Source: Harriotta raleighana
Lineage: Eukaryota
Assembly: GCA_050575255.1 (NCBI GenBank)
Contig: JBNZDD010013726.1
Span: 62,001 to 126,000 of the forward strand
Direction: 5' to 3'
DNA length: 64,000 bases
Position 1 is the stretch's first letter, and the number at the start of each line of letters is the position of its first letter. A program made the translations under genes and the position numbers. Shown one piece after another: positions 38,961 through 49,250 of this stretch. The notes beneath the pieces are model-generated. The model was not told the origin of the DNA and made no database searches. It saw only the letters and a list, made by a program, of their open reading frames with translations.

Positions 38961-39071
38961 ATGGTGGATGAGAGGAAGAAAGAAGAGATGAGGGGGAAAC
39001 AAATGTAGGATGTAAGATTCATTTTATTTCCTTCTAAATCATGTCAGTATTTAGCATTCCTATCTCAACAA

Positions 39072-41132
39072 TGTCCCTCAAGCAAACTACCACTACCTCT
39101 CTCTTGATATGTTATTCTACGAGAACTGTGAACACAATCACCGCAATATCCAAATGAGTAAGATTGGCATAAAGATTAACACATGTACCGATGCGGGTGC
39201 AAGGTACAACACATCAGTGCTGGCTCAATATGGTTGTGAATTCAAAAATATACTCAAGTTTTAATTGAGGCAAAGAGAAACATTGAACAGTTTTTAATCA
39301 AATATAAACTGGAGTAATACTGATACCCATTTAAAACGGTTATTGTATTTTGAAAGAAGAGTTTGCCTTTCGAATTCAAAAGTGATGCTTTACATGCAGA
39401 TTCTGATTTGAGTTTGTTACTGCAGTAAAACCCTGTTTATCCGTGACTCGAAGAACCGGAAAATCTGGAACCTAAAAAAAAGTATTGGTTCGATAAATTG
39501 GAAGTTATCTGGCAGCATAGTGATGACCCATTTAATGAATCGATTGTCGCACGCGAGTATTGGTGCAGGTACTCGGCTGGCCGTTGGTCGAGTCCGAACG
39601 TGCTCCTGCTTCTTTTAAAAGTCGCGATACTGCCGTTTTTTTTCCTTCATGGGTGGGGGCCGCAATTGCGAAGTTAAGTATAAATAATAAAGTACTAATA
39701 CAATATTCTGCTATTATGGTATCTGTTATTAGTGTATTTACTCTATTATTTATACAGTATTGTTCAACATTTACATTAAAATACCCATACAATACTGTTA
39801 TTATCTGTTATTATTTAATCTATTATTAATATGGTATGTGTTAAAATAATTTTTAATGAAAAAAATATTTTTAAAAACGTTCAACTGGAAAACCGTTCAA
39901 CTGCCACTCGCCAGGTCCCATGGGTGCCGGATAAACAGGGTTTTACTGTAATTACCCAGCAAATAATGGACAATGGATGGGAGGATAGAAATGTGCAGGG
40001 CATCAACAGCTTGGTGAAAAGGTATTATCTGCCTCAAGGATTAATGCAGGTGCGGAGATACTAAAGTACTACTAGATAGAAAAAATTATAATGCCATAAA
40101 ANTGTCCCTCAAGCAAACTACCACTACCTCTCTCTTGATATGTTATTCTACGAGAACTGTGAACACAATCACCGCAATATCCAAATGAGTAAGATTGGCA
40201 TAAAGATTAACACATGTACCGATGCGGGTGCAAGGTACAACACATCAGTGCTGGCTCAATATGGTTGTGAATTCAAAAATATACTCAAGTTTTAATTGAG
40301 GCAAAGAGAAACATTGAACAGTTTTTAATCAAATATAAACTGGAGTAATACTGATACCCATTTAAAACGGTTATTGTATTTTGAAAGAAGAGTTTGCCTT
40401 TCGAATTCAAAAGTGATGCTTTACATGCAGATTCTGATTTGAGTTTGTTACTGCAGTAAAACCCTGTTTATCCGTGACTCGAAGAACCGGAAAATCTGGA
40501 ACCTAAAAAAAAGTATTGGTTCGATAAATTGGAAGTTATCTGGCAGCATAGTGATGACCCATTTAATGAATCGATTGTCGCACGCGAGTATTGGTGCAGG
40601 TACTCGGCTGGCCGTTGGTCGAGTCCGAACGTGCTCCTGCTTCTTTTAAAAGTCGCGATACTGCCGTTTTTTTTCCTTCATGGGTGGGGGCCGCAATTGC
40701 GAAGTTAAGTATAAATAATAAAGTACTAATACAATATTCTGCTATTATGGTATCTGTTATTAGTGTATTTACTCTATTATTTATACAGTATTGTTCAACA
40801 TTTACATTAAAATACCCATACAATACTGTTATTATCTGTTATTATTTAATCTATTATTAATATGGTATGTGTTAAAATAATTTTTAATGAAAAAAATATT
40901 TTTAAAAACGTTCAACTGGAAAACCGTTCAACTGCCACTCGCCAGGTCCCATGGGTGCCGGATAAACAGGGTTTTACTGTAATTACCCAGCAAATAATGG
41001 ACAATGGATGGGAGGATAGAAATGTGCAGGGCATCAACAGCTTGGTGAAAAGGTATTATCTGCCTCAAGGATTAATGCAGGTGCGGAGATACTAAAGTAC
41101 TACTAGATAGAAAAAATTATAATGCCATAAAA
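39072..41132. other. Direct duplication (offset 1031) flanking single N at 40102; probable assembly artefact
   Basis: 39072-40101 essentially identical to 40103-41132; identical ORF pairs in the ORF track. Confidence 0.9.
39423..39948. mobile_element. MITE family B (duplicated at 40454-40979 by the artefact)
   Basis: TIRs CAGTAAAACCCTGTTTATCCG / CGGATAAACAGGGTTTTACTG, 3' TA flank. Confidence 0.88.
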
Positions 41133-41404
41133 ATCACATTATTGTTATAATTCATACTAACACTATACAATTGTGAGCACTTTAACAAAAGGATGTTTTC
41201 CATGGGTGTTGGCTAACATCCATACCATCTCATCACGTTGATCAGAATAGGACTAAGAACAGACGTGATAGACCCAGGAAAAAAATGCATTTTTAATAAA
41301 TCATTTCATAATTCATTCCATAGTCTGAAGGTGGGAGTGGTTGTAGGGATGATTTGCAACTGCAATTACAAATGTCCAACATTAAGCAAAGGAATTAGAA
41401 TTTT

Positions 41405-42030
41405 TTTGACTCAATGCAGAAACCCACTATCGTGCTTAAGAGAATCCAAACCAAACTCTGAATTCCATGCATTCCGCCAAATATGGAAATCCCAGAGATA
41501 GATTGTTGGAATGCAATGTACACTCACTCCCTGGAGGGACCATCTTGTTTACCTAATTCTAAAAAGTATCAGGTTGGCAAGAGCCAAGGTTTGGCACCCC
41601 AGAGTGAGCTTTGGAGTACTGCGAGGGTTCAACCAGCTAAAACCTAATAGCTTGCCATTGATAACACGAGCAAGGTTTCCTACTGCTTGTCCGGTCAGGA
41701 CCATCCCATCCCGTAGAGCTTCGGCTTGCAGAGTTGACATGAGTTGAGTGGGAGGATTGCCTGCTCCCAGTGACAGGTCTGCCCTTACAAGTCCTGTCGA
41801 CAATCCAGACCACCTGTGTAATCATCAGCAGTGGCTTGGAATACTGCGGATCTGCCTGGCTCGGGAACCAGGCTACCAAGACCATCACAGAGGGCTGGCT
41901 TGATTCTAAAATTCCCCTGCCAAACATGTCAACATGGAACCAGCTCAATACCACGAAGATCCTGCATACCTCCATGAATGCCTGTAAGACTAACATTTTA
42001 AAAAAACTACAAGGCTTTCTGTAAACTGTT
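41405..42030 (+). mobile_element. Old degenerate repeat, probably non-LTR derived; 5' part related to 4720-4900
   Basis: IISSGLEYCGSAW and TWNQL...SMNA.KT resemble LINE ORF2 C-terminal motifs. Confidence 0.4.
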
Positions 42031-42084
42031 CTTATTGTATCCTGTACCACCTACTTCATAGAATTACTCAATTCTATGCTGCAA

Positions 42085-42283
42085 TAATAATAATAAACCT
42101 TGCATTTGATATAGCGCTTTTCACATCTTAGCAAAGTCACAGAATATACTGTAAAGTGAATTGACTGTATATTTGTGGGCGGAACGCGTCAGCCAATTGC
42201 GCACAGTGGTGATCCACAAACAGTCATGGATTGAAATGACCAATTTTATTATTGTGGTTTTTTCGGAGGGATTATTATTAGGC
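42085..42283 (-). mobile_element. SINE 3' half
   Basis: (TAA)n tail and central conserved segment. Confidence 0.75.
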
Positions 42284-43319
42284 AATCACAGACTCACAGG
42301 AGAGACAACAACAAAATGGCATTTGTAAAGTGCCTTTCACATTGGGAATCAATGTTTCTGAACTGAGCTGATTGGGGAGGGAAGCGAGGGGGGGGTGACT
42401 GATGGCATGGTCGAAGAGTGTCTTGAAACGGGAGTTGAAGGAGGCGTGGTGGAGGTATTGTGGGATGAAATTCCAAAGGTAGTGGGCAGACTAGCTGAAG
42501 ATTCACCCACCAATGTGGGGATGTGTGGGAGGGAGAGTTCTGACAAAGGGTCGTGGACCCGAAACGTTGATTCACTTTTCCTTTCTTCATAGATGCTGCC
42601 TGACCTGTTGAGTGTTCCCAGTGATTTCTGTTTTTCCTTCATGCTCTGGCTCGACACACCTTGCTTACTTGCCACTCTGCTTGGTGGTTTCTCACCCCTT
42701 CTGCTCCACCATCTATAGGTTTTAGCCACTAAACACCAAAACTTTGATGTCCCTTAATCCCTCCTTCCCCATTTTCAGATCATGCCTAAGACCTTCCACT
42801 TCAACTGCACTCATGGTCACCTCATGCCCCTCTTCCCAGCTCAGGGTTAGACTCCACGACTGTTAAGCACTATCTATATAAATACAAGTCGTTGTTGTAG
42901 TTGCTGTATTTGTAGTACACAGGAAAGGGTTCTACCTGGAATAACTATAGTCCCCCCTTCATTCGTGAAAGATTTTTCCTCATTTATTTCAAATAGAAAA
43001 GGAAATCAACCATCATCCAAACCCACCATAGCAATTTTTATATACCAGTCTTCACAACATGGTGTTATTGTACAGTCGTGGAGGTGGGGATGGAGAAAAT
43101 GAAACTTAAATCCGACAGTAGTCAATCAAATTGTACAACTTCATTAGTCCACAAATGCATGTCAGGTATACGTTATTTTAAAAATTAAAGTGAGTTGCAT
43201 TTCCTTCAGTGGCAATTCTTTTACGGCGATCAGGAGGAGGGGTGCAGACTTGACATCTACAAGGAAAACATGGCGATCTGGGCATTTTCACTTAAAAAAA
43301 TCTGATTAGCAAAAATAAC

Positions 43320-43760
43320 GAGCGAGCGTCAACCCTGAGACAGAGATAGACAGGCCTCGTTTAGCCAGGCTCCAGGCTGGGCTCCGGCCTTGCAATGGGG
43401 TGGGTGGGAGAGAGGGAGGGCAAGAACTTGGAGGGGCCCCGGAGCCGGGCCTGGTGCACACCGGGGGCGGGGGGGGTGGGCAGGCCGTGTGGTTTGTGGG
43501 GGGGGGGGGGGGGGGGAAGGGGTGCAGGCCCCAATGCCGATGCGCGGTGTTTCGGGCGGACTCACCGGAAGCTGCAGCCCGACTCCCAGCCTCGGGCTCT
43601 CAAGTTACTGCCACGTCCGCCGCTGCCGGTCTCTGGCGGTCACGGGCCCTCTTCACGCGCAGCCGCGTTCACGCACTTCCACCAGGACCCGGATATTGCG
43701 CAGGCGCCGTGGCCTGTGACGTAAAACGCTTTACTGCGTCTGTTTGTTGAGTTGAAAGTC
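43320..43760 (-). promoter_or_regulatory. SEC24C CpG-island promoter with TGCCACGT (43609), ETS-like (43674) and TGACGTAA (43717) motifs
   Basis: High CpG density; motifs read directly from the sequence. Confidence 0.65.
43566..43690 (-). other. SEC24C: Probable SEC24C non-coding exon 1 (5' end approximate)
   Basis: Donor CCG|GTGAGT at 43566/43565 inside a CpG island 11 kb upstream of the ATG exon. Confidence 0.65.
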
Positions 43761-43819
43761 TGGGGGAGGGGATGCTAGGGAGTAGGTGGGGGCTAGCGGG
43801 GGATAAGGTCTGGGGCGAA

Positions 43820-43970
43820 GGGGATATGGGGAAGCTAGTGGGGGCTATGGGGTAGCTAGTGGGGGGCTATGGGGTAGCTAGTGGGGGGCTATGGGGTGAG
43901 GGGGCTATGGGGTGAGGGGGCTATGGTGTGAGGGGGCTAACGGGGATATCTGGTGGGGGAGCTATGGGGT
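43820..43970. repeat. G-rich tandem repeat (GGGGGCTATGGGGT units)
   Basis: At least six GGGGCTATGG units. Confidence 0.75.
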
Positions 43971-44045
43971 CGAGGGACTGTTGGGAGAAGAGTGGGCAAA
44001 GGTGATGGAGGAGGTGGTGGGCGGGTGGCTAGTGGGTATGGAGGC

Positions 44046-44345
44046 CAACAACAACAACAAAATTACATTTATCGATGCCTTTCACGGGTAGGGGGGAGGG
44101 CAGCAGAAGGCACGATCAAAGAGGTTCTTGCGACTGGCCTTGAAGGGGGCAAGGGAGGCGAAGGGACTGGGATGGGGGTTCCAGAGTGTGGGGCAGAGAA
44201 GCTGAAAGCCCGTCCACCGATGGTAGGCGAGGTCATGCAGGAGACATGGAGCAGACTGTATAGCAGATTGTATAGCACCTTTCACGTCAGGAGGATGTCC
44301 CAAGGTGCTGGACCGTCACTACTTCAGACAAAGGGTTGGGGAAAG
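44046..44345 (-). mobile_element. L2-type 3' end fragments
   Basis: (CAA)n tail, IGGRAFSFSAP remnant, second tail motif near 44280. Confidence 0.7.
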
Positions 44346-46398
44346 CAATGAAGGTCTCCAGGCCTTCATCTCCTCTTGTATTTCCTTTTGCAGCAATGTA
44401 GGTTTAGGTTTTCTTGAATATGTAATAACAGAGAAAAATGAAGACACTCCACAATCTCACCCACCCTATTTCTGATACCTCCTCAAACTGTACCAACCTG
44501 GCATCTTGGCATCTGTCTTCGCTCAGATGTGCTAATTTGTGTCCTCCACCGTACCCGCCCCACGATCAGCTGTCGGGTTTTCGGTCTATCTGTCCCCACT
44601 CTTGAGTGGCGAGTCACTCCCGCATCTTGTTCAAAATCCATCCCAACACTCACTCTTTGATCACCATTTGGTCATTTTTTCCCCTCCCACCCACCAATTA
44701 ATCAGATGCATAGCCAGGATTATTAAGTACCTTTGGGTGTGTTCCCTATGTGAAAAGTGATACATAAATGTAAATTTATATTGTAATTGTTGTCATGCTT
44801 TGGCAGATTCCAAATGTGGTATTTGCATATGATGAAATCTCAAATCACTTTCATTAATTATGTTGGCAAATATATCAATTAATCTTTTGTTTTGATGAAT
44901 TTGAATGATGGAGCAATAGGAGTCAAAAACTGGAGAGCTCTTGAAAAATAAATTTTAATATAGTACTGTAGTTAAAGAGTTAAGTATGTTTGCAATACTT
45001 AATCAAATTTAAAATGGATAGAAATTAAACAAGATATGGAGTTCCTTCTAGCAATACTATTATTGGAAAAATGCCTGCAAGGTACTTATAAGAAAAAGCT
45101 TACAGGTTTGCGGAAAATTAAAAACATGAAGAAGGAAAAGAAAACCCCAGAAAATGAAACAATGGAGAAATCAATCCACAAATCACCAGGGTAATTACAT
45201 TAAACATAAACAATCCCCAGCAGAATTTGAAAGTAGACATTTATTAAATATAAGTTTACTGGTTTAGAGAATTATTGCCCACGTGTTCTGCATTGTTCTG
45301 TAGGGAAAATTAAGCATGGAAACATGGAACAGTAAAGTCAAGACCACACACTGCTTACTCTATGCAGCAGATACTGTCAGGCAGAGAGCACAGTCTGCTG
45401 GTGACAATGGCAGCTTCAAATGGCCTCACATTTCATCAACAACAATAAAGGGCAGTAATGAGGAATGGTAGCAGTGAAGATCCACTTCTGTCATCTTCAT
45501 GGCTGGGGATTGTCACGTACGACAGGATATTTGACTAATGGATTGTAAACATGGTTTTGAGTCCGTAGAAATGAACCATTCCTAATCTTTCCGATGATTC
45601 ATCAAAATGATGGCTTTTGATTTTAAATACATCTAATCCTAAAGGTCCAAATAGTTTTTTTTTTAAATGACACTTAGCAACAAGTTATATGAAAACCACT
45701 CAACAATAAGAGCTTTCTGAGTTGCTCGGATTATTGTTAGGCCTCTTGTTACAATCTGCATTAAATCATATGATTCGGAGCAACCTAAAGAGAATTCTGT
45801 ACTGCAGTAATTTAAAGGGGAAAAAATCGCGAGTCACTTCATGTTGTTAATTCGTATTGTGGCTAGTTACATTACTGTCCTTCATAAGAATTTTGAACCC
45901 ACATTTTAACCCCCCCATGAGAAGCAAAATAGTCCGTCTGTGATACCCAGTGTAAACCCACCAACAGGCTCTGGCTGTCACTTTTGATGTCATGCTGGAG
46001 GCATGTGTGATTGGAAACAAGATTATTGTTCTTAGTACTGACTTAAAAAAAAACACGGGCTCGTTAGAAGAGATTAAAGCGGTACATTAAGCCAGAGACA
46101 GTTATTGTCAGTTTCCTTTTAGATCATTCTAACAGTGCTCCTGCGAGATTGACGCAACATGTGCACAGATTTGGCTTGCAACCAAAAGCGGAACCAACAC
46201 CTAATGATAACACCAATGCCTGTGCTGCCGCAGCGCGCAGAGCAGTCCAGAGAACAGGGGCTCTCACACGTTCCTCCTGGTGTTTGGAAGAAAGCTCTGC
46301 TGGGGGAGCACGATGTGAATCATACCGAGGACTGAGGCGATGAAGACCTCTGAGGAACGGTCCATTACCTGAAGCAAAAAAAAAAACCCCCCAAAGTT

Positions 46399-46503
46399 AT
46401 GGGGGCCGGTGAAGAAGTTCTGATGACCCTGGGTGGTGGGGCGCCCTGGGGCTTCAGACTTCAAGGAGGTTCCGATCAACAGAAACCCCTTCAAGTCGCC
46501 AAG
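46399..46503 (+). CDS. SYNPO2L: SYNPO2L (synaptopodin 2-like, CHAP) coding exon 1, PDZ start
   Basis: MGAGEEVLMTLGGGAPWGFRLQGGSDQQKPLQVAK; donor AAG|GTAGG; 105 nt. Confidence 0.93.
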
Positions 46504-46538
46504 GTAGGAATGCAAAGCAGCAATAATCCGATTGAAAT

Positions 46539-46571
<33 letters not shown>
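46539..46571 (+). repeat. Poly-G run (33 nt)
   Basis: Direct count. Confidence 0.8.
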
Positions 46572-46572
<1 letters not shown>

Positions 46573-48479
46573 GGAAGGAGCTCCTAATCAGGCGCAGAAA
46601 TGAGGAAAGTACTGTTATCCTCACACAAGCAACGATTCCAAAGTTATCTCAAACAATTGAATGCAAACAAAAATACAGAATAGGGGATAAAATACCAAGT
46701 GCACAAAAACGGTGTGAATTCCCCCTCCATCCACCCCAGTCCACTAGAATCCTTTCAATTTGAATCGATTTCACTTTCAAGATCTCTTAATAAAGACCCG
46801 CATTTCAATGATTGAAAGGTCATTAACGGTTGCTTCTCAAGTGGGTGACTCTCTCTTATCATTGACTTCACCTGAAAATGTCATGTGGACAGAGTAACGC
46901 AGAATGCAGAACTGCAAAGACATGATCGAACAAATTTAACTTGAAGCTGGAACTGCTACCTTTGTGTGGAGAGCCAGGAAATGTATAACATCGTATACCC
47001 TTGGAGGGTTTCCAAAAGATTTATCAGTCAAAATATTAGATGCTCAACAAAATTTGCTTTTAAAACACACAGCCCCTTCTTTACAAATATTGATTTCAGT
47101 TTGTTTTTCTGGATGTATTCCGACACATTTTTAGACCCTCTGATCACCATAGCTCACACTGTAGATTGGACCAACTTTATTTTCTATATGGATAGGTCAT
47201 TTGGGAATATACGGAGGCCATTCGAGCTATTGAAAGCCTGATTGGTAAAATCCTAACCATTTTCCATCATGTCATTCACGACAAATCTTAATAATCAAAC
47301 ATCATTGCCTCATAACATATAAACTATTCCTAAAGATTTGAATGTTCAATCCATTTATGCCAAATCTGCAGACTTTTGAAATTTCCATTTACTGATATGG
47401 ATTAAATAATTAGCTGACACATATCTAGCACACAATAACAAAACAAGGTTGGAATGTTTAATTTGTAGACCTGTGCATTTAACTGCGGACATTTGAAATT
47501 ATGCTTGTTTCAAGTTACTATTAGCAGAACTGTTAGTTTTGCTATAAGTTAGAGACAGCAAGGAAAATAATCATGTTCTAAAGTTGCAGCTGGGATGATA
47601 GAAACTGTAGTCTTCTTTAATGATTAGAATAACAGAAATTGTAGTCTAAGTTTAGTGTTACCACTAACAGTGCAGCTTTGCGTACATGCTGATGATACCT
47701 CCATTAGTGTTGGATCATTAAAGATTGTGGTTGAAAGAAAATGCCACAAAGTCAAACATATTTGTATGTAAATTGAAATTAAATGGTTAGTAAACTGCAA
47801 TGCTAAACAATTGTACTTGTATCATTCACTCTGTCATTTTTGCAGTATAAAGTGAGAAGAATTAAAATAAGTGCAATTATCCATGGACTATGTATCAGGT
47901 ACAATTTCAGACTGAGCTCCATGGTAGCATTTCTGTCAGCTTGCAAATGGCAAATGTTCTGAAGGTTATTTCATCAACATCTGTTATTACAGTCATGTCA
48001 TGTGGAATGTTTCAGTACAAGAAAGGTCATGAAAGTAAACAGCACATGTACATTATATTGTATCATGCAGTACATGGGGTTCAAAATATTAGATGGGATG
48101 TCCCCCTGATGTGAAAGGCGCTCTTTTAAAGTAATTTTGTTGTTGTTGTTCAACATGTTGCAATAGTGAAGCTTGGTACTTTAAACTGCATATTGATTAT
48201 TTTTTCCTCAATGGCCTCCTTATGTGCTGTAATAATATCATATTCTATGAGTCTCTGATCAAGAAGTAATTCCTTGGTTGCCTTTCTGATCTCTAATTTA
48301 AAAATACCAAGGCCAACTGTAGAGCCCACAATTACCAGCTGCGATCAGATACCTCAGCACTTACCGGAAATTCAATTAGAAACAGTCCCAGTTTGTACAA
48401 ATGGTCTGAGATGCTCCACTGTGTGAAGACTGCTACATCAATCCAAGTTGTTATTGGACATTATGAAATCAGAGAAGCC

Positions 48480-49250
48480 AGGCAAGATTTTACAAAGTGC
48501 TTGACAGGTATACCTCTGGACTGATCACTATGGAATGAAGTGCAATATAAATAAATACAAGATACTGTGCTGCATAGAGGAAGTAGAGAAAAAGAGGCAT
48601 GTGTATTCCATGGAGGGGATATAACTTGATGAAAGAAAAGTCAAAAGAGACCAAAAATTGACAATGTCTAAACATTGTGAGACAGCAATAAACAAGGGAA
48701 AGAGATTCTGGGCGACATTACAAAGGTATTTGAGGTCAGGTCTCCAGAAGTAAAACTCAAGTTACATAGTGCTATCGTTTGCCTACAACAAGAAAAATAT
48801 GTTGGCATATGATGGAAACCCAGACCCTAGAGACAATCTTGAGTAATGCAGGAAGACTGATCCTTAGGGTTAGAGGGATATGTTATGATGAATGATTAGT
48901 TAAAGCTATGGCTCTTTAGCCATGATTACAACACATGAGAATGTTATAGATTTAAATAAGATGCTTAACAACTTAGAGTATATATGCATCTAAAAAAAAA
49001 TGCTTTTTGGATATGACAAGGCAGAAGGAAAGAGTCACTAATGTTTAGTGTTGTATAAAGGAAAAGTCTAGTGTTGTGAATGGAAAAGTTAGGACAAACA
49101 CAAGAAAATATTTATTTGCATAGAGATGATAAACAAGTTCAATATTTATGAAGAAACTTGACTAAAACCAGGAAATCTTGAGACAATTAAGAAACAACAT
49201 GGGAATTAAGAATTAAGAAATATTTTAGTGGTAGGAGTGGTATTAAATCT
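48480..49250 (+). mobile_element. Highly degenerate CR1 ORF2 fragment
   Basis: RILGDITKVFEVRSPEVKLKLHSAIV resembles the CR1 ORF2 C-terminal region; many stops and frameshifts. Confidence 0.55.

Noticed and set aside
39532-41095. Identical duplicated small ORFs (86, 89, 77 aa; also 61, 64, 73 aa at 29.5-30.8 kb)
   Set aside because: Chance ORFs within MITE/SINE sequence, duplicated by the N-flanked artefacts
43329-43750. Several 78-116 aa ORFs in the CpG island
   Set aside because: GC-rich promoter sequence with poly-G translation; no coding signature
45712-45795. Imperfect inverted repeat GTTGCTCGGA...TCGGAGCAAC in the divergent spacer
   Set aside because: Short mismatched arms; could be chance or a decayed MITE
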